Shown here: in pieces, positions 13,231 through 26,260 of the stretch
How the letters are laid out: every line of letters begins with the position of its first letter
How positions within the stretch are numbered: position 1 is the stretch's first letter
Notes under the pieces: generated by a model
Databases searched by the model: none
What the model saw: the letters and a program-made list of their open reading frames with translations, nothing else
Told to the model about the DNA's origin: nothing
NCBI GenBank assembly: GCA_951406725.2
Contig: OX597815.1
Span: 116,126,001 to 116,190,000 of the forward strand
DNA length: 64,000 nucleotides
Reading direction: 5' to 3'
Source of the DNA: Octopus vulgaris
Lineage: Eukaryota
Made by a program: the position numbers and the translations under genes

Positions 13231-13939
13231 GGAAATGGATACTAGATATTGTGAAAACTAAAATTGTGTTCTACATAGACAAGATTAATTTCTCATTTGA
13301 TTGTCGTTATAAAGTTTGGCGGTAGGCATTGATTATACGAGTCCCTACAGCTGATGAAGGCGTCCTTTTCTTAATAATTCGTTTATTAACAATCTGAATA
13401 TGTTATATTTACGAATGTGACGGCAAGTGCTGTAGAAATAAACGCAACAATTCCATGTCCCTTCTTTTATATCTATTTAATCATTGACTGTTGGGCTGTA
13501 ACATTTACTATGCATAAATTCAACCACCTGATGTTTGCATTTGATGTTTGAATTTGTTTAGCTAGTCTATGAACTATTTCATCAATGTTTTTAATATTAA
13601 ATATTGCAATTTAATCACATTCTTAAATATTTCCATTTTATTAAATGAAATATTTTTATTCCATTAGTATTTATAATAATCTAACCTACAGTGCTAAGTT
13701 AGTAAAATTATTGATTGATTATTTAAAATTGCACTTTGATTGGATGGTAAAAAAATAAAGACCGGTTAGAAATAACATCAATTTCATAATAACTTTATAT
13801 CATCGCTACTGAACGTCTGAATTAAATTCGAAGAAATTAGATTTGATGTAATTTGGCTCAATAATAAAACAACTAGACTTAGTGACTAGACGTTGGCAGA
13901 CGCATGCTTATATCGTTTAGTATGTTAGTATTTTCCTTT

Positions 13940-14130
13940 TCACTATATTATAGCCTGAAGACAGCTCTGATTGATCAAACGTTGACCAAAAGCATTCCAG
14001 GCAAGATCACGCTGCCATTTTTTTTTTCATATAGCAAAGAATATGCAGTACATTTTATAAAGACAATAGCGTGTGATTTGAGGGAGATTTGATTGCAATT
14101 TCTGGCAGTCGAGCGATCGCATAGAATTTC
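13940..14130 (+). repeat. Dispersed repeat, family C (unclassified)
   Basis: Similar to about 15050-15270 and 55090-55330 (GATCAAA..CATTCCAG..GTGTGATTTGAGGGAGATTTG). Confidence 0.5.
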
Positions 14131-15564
14131 GTTAATCACTGAAGGAGGAGAAAAGCAACGATTTAGACAGTGATTTTATATGATTGTTTCAAACTTTAAC
14201 ATATTGAATTAGTTTTTTTAAATCTGTGCAGATGATTTGTACAGCGTATTGAATTCAAAAAGCAAATTAAGCACGAATATTGCAGATGATGGCTGTAGAA
14301 ACGTGAATAAGGTGTCACATAATTACTTTATTCTATATTTGGAGTAAAATGAATTGAAAATACTAAGATACTTGTTAAATTCGTGAGACAAAAATCCAGT
14401 TTATTACGAATAAGACGTTATATATACTAGTAGATATATAGAATAAAAAGCAGAAAAGAATAAGGTTCACATATACTTCAGAATTTAATTGCCCTCCACA
14501 GTTGTTTCAATGAAATTAAACATCTTTATTTATATAATTATATACATGATTAATAAAAATGTTATGAATTTATAAGTGACATGGAGCTTAACGATATGTT
14601 ATGAATAGATCTCTTAATTATCGTGGCTATATTCTTTCATATTTACATATCAATTCTATATAAAGATATCTTAGTAGATAGACAGAAATGAAGGTGAAAC
14701 ATCGCTTGATCGATATTTGGCGTCTTATTCTCTGATTTGGCACTAGAAAAGAAAGAAACATTTTGACAGAAATACTGAGAACCAATACTGTAGAAACACA
14801 GTTTCACAAACACTCATACTCGAGGAAGTAAACGTAATTCGTCATCCGTTTAATACTATCACTTGGCCTTTGGATGTCTTGAACAGTCTTCTCTGTTGTA
14901 AGCATTCGGAGTAAGTTTTCAGCGTTAAGATAAGTTCCTCTTTTCCCCGTCTGGGAGATCTTATGGACACTGCCCTTCTCTAACTAAGCTATTATATGTA
15001 TAAAAAATAAGCAAAAAGTATTTTCGCCTTGTTTTGTCGTTGTTGCTGATCATATTAAAGTTAGCTCCGATGGAACAGACCTGTGAACAAAGGTGTTCCA
15101 GCTGTGGTCATTGCATTTCTTTCTCTCCAGATATATTGTGTCCATGAAAACATTATCTAAGGTGAGCCTCTTTTTTTAAGACTACAGAATGTGATTTGAA
15201 GAAGGTTCTATTGCTATTTCTTACAACAAGGACGATTCCCGGGAGATTCTCTTCGTTTGCTCATAGGTGGAGGATCTTAAAAGGATGAATATTTTCCTGA
15301 TTGTTTTATTGTCCAACCCCAGAATTAATAAAAAGTTTATGCAAGTACTTCAAGGAATTTGGCCTGATGCCTTTCTGTCATATTTCCCTTGTGCATGATA
15401 ACTATTAACCATACAATGATGTATAATTACTTGTCATGGCATTGTATTTACCTCTAAGCAGAACACCTGTGATTCAGATTACGGAGTGAGAGTATTTGAA
15501 AATCTATGACAGTTATACAATGAATAAAATAATCTGTATTGATGCGATTTGAATTTTAAATAAC

Positions 15565-15780
15565 TCTTTTCTACTATTGCCACAAGACCTGAAATTTTGG
15601 AGTGGGGTCAAGTCAATTACATTCACCTCTATGCTCAACTGGTACTTATTTTATCGATCCAGGAAGGACGAAAAGTAAAATTGGCCTCGGCGGAATTTGA
15701 ACTCAGAACGTAAAGACAATATGCTTAGTGAAATGCTACTTAGCATTTTGTATGGTGTGCTAACGATTCTGCAAGCTCCC
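15565..15780 (-). mobile_element. SINE family A
   Basis: Full head-to-tail similarity to other copies. Confidence 0.75.
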
Positions 15781-16639
15781 TCTGTAAAACAATAATGATG
15801 GTCATTAGTTAATAGTTTGGATGGAGTGATATCGTTTGTTGTAAACAAATGATTGACAGAATGCGTGGTAACTTATGCAGTACAGTTTCACTGTTAGTGA
15901 GGAAGCATTTTGTTGGGTTTCAAGGTCCATAAAATAAAATAACTATGTTTAACAGTGTATGCTGGCAGTTGGAATAAACTCTCATCAAATAAAATTTTTA
16001 AAAATCAAATAAAAATAACGAAACAATTTTACTAAAATGGTTTTCTATCGATTGAGATTTCTCCGACCACCAATCAATTGTTGATGCAGAAATAGAGAAG
16101 ACAAATTTCATGTACAAGTAAAAGAATAAAAAAAAACTACTGACAGTGACTAATGCAACGAGAATGAGTAGGAATATCTATGACCAGATGCATTCCGTTG
16201 CCAATAGATTTAATGCAAGACTGTGGAAGATAAAATTATTTATCAATCAAGCTATCATGACTTTCTACGATTGACCGACTTGAAGAAGAAGAAGTTAACA
16301 CAGTAACATAAAACTGGGAATGATTGATACAAAATGATAATAAAGACCAACAAATAACTTTCTTCAATTGAACACATTATAATATCTATTTCTACAGTCA
16401 GGGAAGCCATTTTATAATACGAGTGAATACAGATATTATTTTGTGCAATCAATAAAGAGATCTTTTTTCGTCTTTTTATAGAAGTTTTAAAGGTTCTGAT
16501 TTATCTTAAATACCATAGGAAACGATTTCTATAATTTACGCGGTGAATCCATATCAATTTACTGCTAAGTTGAAACAATATGTTCCTCTCTGAAATACTA
16601 CAATATTCAGTAAAAAAAGGTAAATACGTTTTGCTAATA

Positions 16640-16830
16640 TTGGTTTCAAATCTTGGTACAAAATTAGCATTGCTTCATTGCTCAACTGGCATTTATTTTA
16701 TCGACCCTGAAAGGGATGAAAAGCAAAGTCGACACCGAAGGTATTTGAATTCAGAACGTAAAGACGGATGAAATGTCGCTATGTATTTTTGTCAGGCGTG
16801 ATAACAATTCTGCCAACTCGCCACCTTACG
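16640..16830 (-). mobile_element. SINE family A
   Basis: As above. Confidence 0.75.
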
Positions 16831-17564
16831 TTTTGTGAATATTGACATTTTTCTTATTCATAAGGTTCACTTTTTAACCAAGAATGTATAGCCTATCAAA
16901 TACACTTTAGTGTATTAGTGGCACCGTTTTAATGTAAAGATGTGAGGTATTAATCGAGATATTGCAACTTATTTTGTTTGACACTGTAACGCGTATGTCG
17001 ACATTCCTTTCTTGTTAATATTTGGAACACAGAAATATGATGGAATTCTAGAAGCAGTAGAACCGCGAACTAAATGTATTGGTAATTTTAGACTTGTCAC
17101 TATTATATTACGATTGATCTAGTACCAGTGATGATTTAATTAACTATGCATTCGTCTATCGTAAAGATTGTTGTGGTTAAGCAAAACAAGTTAACACTGA
17201 CAAAGTACAATACATCAAGATCTCGTATTCCACAGGTTCCAATTAACTTCTGCATACTTTATTAAAAGATTATTTGTATACAATTTTCTTTTACTGTTTT
17301 ATAATAAACTCTATCCTAGTTGGTCTTGCTAAACTGAAGCTTGGAACATTTTATTCGCTGATTTTTAAAAAAATATTCAGTTATATTACAGTTTGTGAAC
17401 TTTTGCTATTTATGTCGTGTGAATTAAGATTTATTCTTGATATACAACTAAAAATATGATTTTGCTGCAAACTTTTCAAATTGTAGTAAGCAACACAGAG
17501 CTTAATGCCTCAGTTCTTTCTATTAATCTGCGCGAAACTGATTCATATTAGTTTTCACATATAA

Positions 17565-17765
17565 GATGGCGACCTGACAGAACCGCTAGTACGCTTAGCA
17601 ACATTTTGTCCGTCTTTACCTTCTGAGCTCAAATTCCTCTGAGGTTGATGTTACCTATCCTTTCGGCTTCTATAAAATAACTACTAGTTAATTTAGTGGA
17701 GTCGATGTAATCGACTCGCCCCTTCCCTCAAAAACTGCTGGCCTTGTGCTAAAATATGAAACCGT
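17565..17765 (+). mobile_element. SINE family A (diverged)
   Basis: GGCGACCTGACAGAACCGCTAG..TTCTGAGCTCAAATTCC. Confidence 0.7.
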
Positions 17766-18994
17766 TATTTTTTTCCATGCAACCTCTCCCGAGATAGCAT
17801 CAGATTCGACTATTTCATCGTAAACCATCTGAAATTGGAATGTCATTTTGTAACTATGTCGAAATTCTTTTTCATATAAACCGTGAAAGGTTCAATAAAT
17901 AATAAATAAATATGTACACACGCACATACACACACATATATATTAAAGAATTAACTACAGTAAGTTAGTTAGTTTCTTGCACGACGCACAGAAGAAAATA
18001 ACTTTCCAGATACATCGATAGTGAACAGCGTTAAGAAACAACGAAAAGAGAGATTTGCTGTCTCCGGAAATAAGAAGGTTATTGAAAACAGAAAAAAAAA
18101 GTAATATTCAACGTTTATTTATAGAAACATGAATATATTTTTGAAATGGTTTCTCAGTAAAGCTTAACTAACATAAACTGATTGTTTTTTCTTCATAATA
18201 TATCCGTATTGTTTTACAGACATCATTCGGCCACTTTTTCTTTGCTTTTTTAGAACTAACTCTTTGTAATAAAGAAGTCAAGTACGCATCAATTTGACTT
18301 ATGGTTCTGTAAGTTGTATTGGTATCCATAACACAATACAATATAGGCATTATTTTTGCCACTTTTCATCTTAAGCTTCATTGGCTCGGAAAATCCTATA
18401 TTCCGGTTGCTGTCTAGTCCCGGGTTTTGGTTGATGTCCACACTGTATTATAAAATTACTAAATGTAAAACCTGTCACAATATATACGAGGCATACCGGT
18501 CTCATACACACACAGGTATACATATACACGCATAAACCACACACACACACACATGGTAATTGTTATAATAAATACACAGAATATCGACGAATAATTCTAT
18601 GTAGGCGTAACGATATGATTAGCTAAAAATACCATAGAAATAATACAAGCGAAATAATACAGGCTGAGAGGAAACAAATAAAAGATATCGTGCTGAATCA
18701 GACAGGCGAAAGCACGTGCCGAATAGAGTAGAGATTAAAAAAAAGTAAAAGTCAAAAAGCAACGAAACAGTCTACAATGAATCCCAATATGTCAAAGGAG
18801 GAAATAGAAGAGAATCTAACGTTTCGGGAAATATAATTTATCAAGGGGAAGGAAAAAAATGGAAAAAAATCTAACAGTCTGGAGAAAGAAAAAAAACGTA
18901 TACAACAATAATAAAAAAGACATCTTCACATGACCATGACTCCGGGTAGTATTTTCTTTCTTTCTTTCCCATTTGCCTCAAATTTTGCTTGTTA

Positions 18995-19112
18995 TTTCTG
19001 TTGATGCAGTTCTACTGCGTGGTTACCATGGGCAAGTGTTTTCTGCTAAATCTTCCGGCCGACCAAAGCCTTGGGGGTGGATTTAGTAAACGGAAACAGA
19101 AAGAAGCCCATC

Positions 19113-19174
<62 letters not shown>

Positions 19175-19295
19175 CGATATTTAAGAAATAAGGAATTATG
19201 TACATTATTTACATTATTTACAATTGACGAATATTTGTCCTCATCTTGTTTGTTGTTAACCTGGGTTCTCATTCCTAAGGTATTTTCGATGTTGC

Positions 19296-19381
<86 letters not shown>

Positions 19382-19683
19382 TCACTGCCAGTAATCGAAC
19401 TCGGAATCTTGGGGTTAGTAGCCTGAGCTCTTAACCAATACACCACCCACGGGCATATGGCGTAGTGGTACAACATAGAAAATACCTTAGGAATGAGAAT
19501 CCAAGTTCGAAATTTCCCCAAGACACCTTATGAAGGCTGGAGGGTATATCAGCCGAAACATTGTGTTAACAAAATACAAGATGAGGACAAATATCCGTCA
19601 ATTGTAAATAATGTATATATGTATATAATTATTTATAAATGTATGTTATATATATATATAATTATATATATGTATATAATTAT

Positions 19684-19738
<55 letters not shown>

Positions 19739-19920
19739 TTTCTATATGTATGTATATGTGTGTGTCTTTGTGTCTGTGTTTGTTCCCTCCTTGACAATTG
19801 GTGTTGGTGTGTTTACGTCTCCGTAACTTAGCGGCTCGGCCCCCAAAATTGATAGAATAAGTACTACCCTTTAAAAAATGGCCGCAGTGCAATGACTGAA
19901 ACAAGTAAAATATAAAAGAT
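18995..19920 (+). mobile_element. SINE family B split at its internal (TA)n by an inserted element
   Basis: The 5' part ends GAAAGAAGCCCATCG at about 19113; the 3' part resumes at about 19760 and ends TGACTGAAACAAGTAAAA. Confidence 0.75.
19171..19615. mobile_element. Head-to-head pair of tRNA-headed, hammerhead-bearing elements in (TA)n
   Basis: Minus copy 19171-19448 and plus copy 19452-19615, both homologous to 54404-54721. Degenerate hammerhead at 19522-19567. Confidence 0.8.
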
Positions 19921-20171
19921 CATATATATATATATATATATATATATGTAAATGGATGAATGAATTATCCTTTGTTTACCATTAACATGGAAAATTCAAT
20001 GAACAGTTACCAGGGTACCAAAATTCACGCAAGTAACAAGGATGTAGCGACCTATTCAAAGGTAGAAACTCTGGGTTAATGTGCAGTAATTTGTATAGTA
20101 TAAGTAAATAAATGGAGTTGAACGCAGGTGTGTGTATGTGTGCGTATATATATATATATATATATATATAT

Positions 20172-20700
20172 AATGGCTACCTACTCGTGACTGGGGAAAA
20201 CCATCACTGACCATTACCCATGGATGAGGTTGTTACACCAGTTGTAGGCTTCGCACGGGTTCCAGAGACAAGCCAGGACAAGACATCCTGTGCAAATATG
20301 GGTAGTATGCCCATTTTATCAGGTCACTTGTAATATCGCACCAGTACACCCTGTTACATGGTCGGTTCGTTGGCGCCTAAACCGGCTCCCCCACTAGGCT
20401 TGCTTGGTAAAGAGGGTTGCTAGAAACCCAACAGGACTAAATACAAGACCTGTCAAAAGGACGGACAAACCTAGTTTACGCTAAATGACTATCTATCATT
20501 GCACAAGCCCTCATAAATACCAGGTTGGTGTCCGACGTGGTAGAAGACCACTGGGAGTGAAGCATATCTTAGCTTTTATTAAAGCATGTCTCTAGGAGAA
20601 GGCCACTCTGATATAAAACCAGATATGCCGGGAATGACACTGAATATTTTGTGGGATGTGTTGCCTGCGCTTAAGATCAATGGTGCTACCACGTCACAGA
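20172..20700 (+). mobile_element. Probable RTE-LINE 5' UTR fragment
   Basis: GC-richer non-coding block ending CTAGGAGAAGGCCACTCTGATATAAAACC, resembling RTE 5' UTR ends from memory; no ORF. Confidence 0.35.
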
Positions 20701-20716
20701 GGCTGCGATACATACA

Positions 20717-20751
<35 letters not shown>

Positions 20752-20813
20752 GTGTGCGTGTGCATGTGTGTATATATACATAATGGAATAGTTACTGTGA
20801 AGCATTGTACAGA

Positions 20814-21058
20814 ATATATTGTATAAAGGATCGTGGGTAAGGCCAAACCAATGCGAAGTAAATGCGAGCAAATCACAAGAAAGCAAATGTATGAATTAAT
20901 GTAGACTTACCTTGCATTCAATATTTCGGCGGTATAACCCCATCCTCATAACTCCGAGATATTGAATGCAAGGTAAGTCTACATTAATTCATAGATATTT
21001 CTTCTGATTTGCCTTGCATTTACTTCACATTGTTCTGGCCTTACCCACGACCCTTTTT

Positions 21059-21067
<9 letters not shown>
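20814..21067. repeat. Foldback palindrome of about 250 bp (MITE-like)
   Basis: Arms pair along their length; perfect 35-bp core 20890-20924 / 20959-20993; (TA)n on the right. Confidence 0.85.
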
Positions 21068-21104
<37 letters not shown>

Positions 21105-22149
21105 TAGAGAAGGGGCAAATACATGTTATCGCCTGCGGTATTCGAAAATCGCGTCTGTTGTAAACCGCATAGCTGTGCTAATAACTAAAAGACAAAGTAC
21201 CCCTCGTTGCCAGGGCTATGATCTCACAGAATTAAATCATCAACCAATTATGATTGCAGATATTGGTGCTCTTCATGAGAAAGAAAAAGCAAGGAAAGAG
21301 TTCTAAGGGGTAATTATGACTTTCAATGAATATTTGAAGCCTCTCTAACGATTGTTATTAGTTCCAACTGATTTAAAATGATATCACATTTACAGATGTG
21401 AATGTTTTTAAGAAAATGCTTACACTCTGAAGTAGTGCCTGTAAGCAGTACTCTTAAAAATGCTGAAGTATTAGAACATTCTCAGCTAGACGTAGACATA
21501 TAAGAAACACATTTCAGTTGTTTCGTTTTTATTCTACACTTGGTACATAGTTTTGATACGGAATAAAAAGTGACAATGTGTTAAGTTCATAACCATCAGT
21601 TGGATCATTGACAAATGCTCAGTTAACCATTGTTTTGAGATGGATGGTGAGTATACCCTATGTTGTTGATAGCAGTGTAGCCATTGCGGCTCAGATTATT
21701 GCTGACAACAGTTCGACTCAGTTTTTTTTTTTTAAAGCCTGTCATATTTCTCTTCTGGTGTCTCTTCCTATGGGCGGTTTGCTCCACGTATTCTATCTTT
21801 TCAAGTTCTAGTGCTTCTTACTGTTGACAGTTTGTTGCACGGATTCTCTTTTCTTAACGTGTTTGTTGTCTCTGTTCTGGCATTCCTTGCTATCGGCAGT
21901 CGATTTTACGGATTCAGTTTTGCTGAAGTCTTTGTTGTCTTAATTCTAGTTTACCTTTGATGAAAAAAACTTTAAAAAAAAAAATCATTTGACAGCCCAC
22001 TACGTTCATGATAATACTAGAAAGTACAGTGAATAATAATCAGAGTGAAATTAATTGCTTTTCCAGTTGATTAGCCCTTATTAATCTAGCGATTATTGCT
22101 GTTCACACAGCTGGTTTCTGGTGAATGAATGATGATATTTAGAACAAAA

Positions 22150-23230
22150 TTTGGTATTGTGTGGATTGTTTTGAAAAGTGGAGAAAATATTTAGCGCACA
22201 AGGTATATAAAGAAGAAATATTTACTTCATCAGTTAGGATCGCAGCTATATATTTCTTTCCAAATCAAATTGAATTTAGAAAGTTTTGTTTCAAAAAGCT
22301 CTATAATTCTTCAGCAACTAAACTTCCATACATTCTGATCGTTTCTGAATCCCCAAAATTACTAGATGAATGTATATTGACGTGCAAATACTCGCGATTA
22401 CGCAAAGCTGCATATTCTTTTCTACTCTAGGCACAAGGCCCGACATTTTGGGGGAGTGGGCAAGTCGATTAGATCGGATCCCCCCACCCCAATACGCAAC
22501 TGATACTTAATTTATCGACTCCGAAAGGATGAAAGGTAAAGTCGACTCGGCGGAATTTGAACTCAGAACGTAAAGACAGACGAAATACCTATTTCTTTAT
22601 TACCCACAAGGGGCTAAACACAGAGAGGACAAACAAGGACAGACAAACGGATTAAGTCGATTATATCAACCCCAGTACGTAACTGGTACTTAATTTATCG
22701 ACCCTGAAAGGATGAAAGGCTAAGTCGACCTCGGCGGGATTTGAACTCAGAACGTAATGGCAGACGAAATACTGCTAAGCATTTCACCCGGCGTGCTAAC
22801 GTTTCTGCCAGCTCGCCACCTCGCAAAGCTGCATATTATCAAACTACTGAATTTGTTAAAGTTCCCCTTTCTTTTAATTATTTCACTAAACATAACATTT
22901 GTTTTTTCCAAATCATATTGGTGCATGATCATCTGTGTTAAAGGAGTGCTATTCTCCAGCAAAGCCAAACCTTTATTTGTCATAACTTTCCTAATAAAAG
23001 AATTTTTGATTATCGTATTCGTGGAAATCAATCCATTAGTCGAATCTAATTTGCATACTATTTATTTATGCTATAGATTTAGTTTATTTTCGATACAGGA
23101 AGTTATTTTCTGTCGGTCGCTAATTTTCGAAGGAAGTTTGCATATTTTAAATTGTGTTAGTTTCTGAGAAAATCTTTATAAACAATCTTTAAATGCCGTA
23201 AAGGCTGCTTATTGAGCAATCCGAGCACAT
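22150..23230 (-). mobile_element. Degenerate hAT-like transposase relic
   Basis: IVCKLDSTNGLISTNTIIKNSFIRKVMTNKG..KFSSL, then across a SINE LRNREYLHVNIH..IRMYGSLVAEE..YIAAILTDEV, resembling the hAT RNase-H N-terminal motifs. Confidence 0.55.
22417..22821 (-). mobile_element. Internally duplicated SINE family A with TSD
   Basis: 16-bp TSD CGCAAAGCTGCATATT at 22401-22416 and 22822-22837; two central domains. Confidence 0.9.
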
Positions 23231-23476
23231 TGAGACAGCTTTCGAATTGTAAATAGTTTTTATTGAATAATACGTTTGAAAACCAGAAATCTCGTGAGAG
23301 AATCCCTAGTGTGTGTGTGTGTGTGTGTGCAAAAAATTAAAATTCTGGTCATACAGTTACCAAAGGTTTTGTATCCACCAAAGCCTTGTGGACAGCTCGA
23401 CAGACTCAGAGCTGTCCAAGGCTTTGACTTTTGTCGATACAAAAACCTTTGGGGCAAAGTCTGACAGCTGTCAGAC

Positions 23477-23535
<59 letters not shown>

Positions 23536-23899
23536 TGTATGTATGTATAAGTATATATATATATATATATGTGTGTGTATGTGTATATATATATGTATAT
23601 ACTATAGGTATATATTTATGTATATATGTGCATGGATTTTATTGTAATAGCGAGAGACGCCATGTGTGCGTGGCATTGCATTCGTATGTCCATGTGTATA
23701 TGTGTATGTTCTAAGCGATAACGGATTTTTTAAAATTAACATTTTTTATTTCCTGTTTTTCCTGTTATGATTGGAGACAGCACTGCCAGAGGGCTGTGAT
23801 GTCTTGTATAAAAATAAACGGAGAACAGGACTTTATTTTTTCTTAAAAAAGAGAAGCGAGAAAAAGAAGAGGGAATAATAATAACAAAAAAAAAGACAC

Positions 23900-24230
23900 T
23901 ACTACACATTCACTCGCCAATAGAATTTTAATCCAATTATAGTATGCTCTTGTAGTTCCACAAGAGGTAACAATAGAGGATTACTTCACATTTGCACACT
24001 CATGGTAGAGCATCCACTTTTTATAAAATTCATCTTGCTTACTTTTATTGTAAGATATGTTTTTTTCAATAAGATACTTGTCCTGAGGCTAAGAGTGGAT
24101 TTTGATACTTTGCTTTTATGTATAAAAAAAGACTTTGCTAGTAATATTAGCAGGTCAAGGATAACTGATTTGTTCATGTTCATCTTTGGTTTTGGTTTTG
24201 TTTCAACGTACAAACGTCCCTTGGGTGTTA
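23900..24230 (-). mobile_element. L1/Tx1-like LINE 3' fragment
   Basis: ILDLLILLAKSFFIHKSK resembles the Tx1/L1 ORF2 C-terminal motif (..LIILLAKxFIHKCK). Confidence 0.5.
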
Positions 24231-24232
24231 TG

Positions 24233-24312
<80 letters not shown>

Positions 24313-24315
<3 letters not shown>

Positions 24316-25505
24316 CCCACGACCTACGAGACCTCTTGGTCCACAGCTTCTTCCCTAACCCAAACTCCCAACCCGGCTCGTTCTCCTGCTCCCGCCCACG
24401 CTGCCGCACTTGCCCTTACTTTTCCAACACCACCTTCCTCACAGGCACCCATCATCGACCATATCATATCACTGACTTCTTCACCTGCACTTCTAGCAAC
24501 GTCATCTGCTGCATCTCCTGCTCTCTCTGTCCTTCTCTATACATCGGTCAAACGGGACGCCGCTTGGCTGACCGGTTCGCGGAACACTTCCCAGACATCC
24601 AACTCGGCAACGACACTCCGGTCTCACGCCATTTCCGCTCTACCCGTCACTCTTTACAACACCTGTCTGTGTACGGATTGTCCTTGCACAGGGGCCATCC
24701 GGACTCCCGTCTTCGCCGTGAGCAGGGGTTTAATCATCTCTCTTCGCTCTTTTGCGCCACATGAGCTCAACTGTCCTCCTCTCTTCATCTAACCCCCCTC
24801 TCTCCTCTCTTCCGCTCACATCTACTTCCTCCCACACCCATCTCTCCTCTCTTGCTCTTGCACTTACTTCCTCTTTCACTCCTACCCACCTTCTCCCTTC
24901 CACCCTCCCTCTTCATCGTCACCGCCTCCCTCGTTACCCCTACACATTCCAACCCCACCATTCCTCTACTTCCCATCCCACCCCACCCCATCCCTTAGAC
25001 CCACACTTGCTTTCCCCACTCTCGCCACCCCCGTCAACACCACCACACCACCACACCACACACTACCACACCACACACCACCATACCGCACCACACCACA
25101 TCATACCACCCAGCACACACTAGCATTGACCACTTCCCAGCACCTACACCATCATCCACACACCTACACATGCACACGTCAATGTCACAATCCCCCTCCC
25201 ACACACACATAGACGCTCTCACATACTTACGCACGCGCACCTTTGTTTTGGTATCCACCACTACTTTATTATCTCCCCTTCTTCCTAGCTTTCCTGCGTG
25301 ACCCCTCTGTCTGGTATTCGCCATGATAGATCGCTAGCCACTAAACCATTTTCTATTTTCACTCACTGTTAATTTCTGTGTTCTTTTCTGTCGAAGAGCG
25401 TAGGCGTGAAACGTAAAAGATTTTCTCACTTCCCGAGCGTTAAACTAATACATCAGCTTGTTGTTTACACACCCATCTTCGTCTTTTTTTTTTTGCAAAT
25501 TCTTA
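24313..25505 (+). mobile_element. Penelope-like element 3' end: GIY-YIG endonuclease (Neptune-type) plus 3' UTR, flanked by (TA)n
   Basis: CSRPRCRTC..FTCTSSNVICCISCSLCPSLYIGQTGRRLADRFAEH..PVSRHF..RLRREQ; hammerhead-like motif at 25382-25420. Confidence 0.9.
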
Positions 25506-25548
25506 CTATATATATATACACACACATATGTTTATATACATATATATG

Positions 25549-25613
<65 letters not shown>

Positions 25614-25614
<1 letters not shown>

Positions 25615-25745
25615 GTGACAATTATTCAATAGCCAAGATAAAACTCTGAGTTTTGGATGCCGAGGTGGAAATCCACAACACCATCTCTTCGGTTATCTGG
25701 CTATCTGAAAAACGCTAACCACTGGGCCATATTATATGCGCCTCC
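25614..25745 (-). mobile_element. (TA)n-embedded element: truncated tRNA-like head plus degenerate hammerhead
   Basis: GGAGGCGCA..ATGGCCCAGTGGTTAG (A-box) then ATAGCCAGATAA-CCGAAGA-GATG..CATC-CAAAACTCAGAGTT-TTATCTTGGCTAT. Confidence 0.6.
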
Positions 25746-25781
<36 letters not shown>

Positions 25782-25799
25782 GCAAACATATATATATAT

Positions 25800-25908
25800 A
25801 GTGGTATGTAGTGGTATTTCTTCTTGGAAACAACTTTTAGTGGCTATACCATTAGCGGAGCTATTTTTAGCACTAGAGTGAACCGCATAGTGGTCACTCT
25901 CTAATATT

Positions 25909-25912
<4 letters not shown>
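25800..25912 (+). repeat. (TA)n-embedded repeat fragment
   Basis: Reverse-complement homolog of about 49360-49465. Confidence 0.65.
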
Positions 25913-25990
<78 letters not shown>

Positions 25991-26030
25991 TATATATATG
26001 TTTACATATATATATATATATGTTTATATA

Positions 26031-26260
26031 GGCGGTGAGCTGGCAGAAACTTTAGCACGCCAGGCGAAATGCGTAGCCGTATTTCGTCTGCCGTTACGTT
26101 CTAAGTTCAAACTCCGCCGAGGTCGACTTTGCCTTTCATCCTTTCGGGGTCGATAAATAAAGTACCAGTTACGCACTGGGGCCGATGTAATCGACTTAAT
26201 CCCTTTGTCTGTCCTTGTTTGTCCCCTCTATGTTTAGCCCCTTGTGGGCAGTAAAGAAAT
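26031..26260 (+). mobile_element. SINE family A (well preserved)
   Basis: GGCGGTGAGCTGGCAGAAAC..GTTCAAACTCC..GCCTTTCATCCTTTCGGGGTCGATAAA. Confidence 0.85.

Noticed and set aside
13345-13375. CTGATGAAGG as a hammerhead core
   Set aside because: No GAAA or stems at suitable spacing.
14800-14985. Possible minus-strand exon (EKGSVHKISQTGKRG..YECL*)
   Set aside because: Short open frame with no recognisable homology and no linked exons.
15960-16470. Possible hAT C-terminal relic
   Set aside because: Too degenerate; no diagnostic motif was readable.
18168-18450. Possible FLYWCH/MULE fragment
   Set aside because: Only a GYxY resemblance; the zinc ligands are absent.
18808-18850. Minus-strand TTGATAA..GAAACGTT motif
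   Set aside because: May be a decayed hammerhead, but it has two core changes and no convincing stems.
21820-21955. AG..GTAAG-bounded minus-strand segment (a similar one lies at about 39870-39962)
   Set aside because: Splice-like signals only; a consistent gene model cannot be built by eye.
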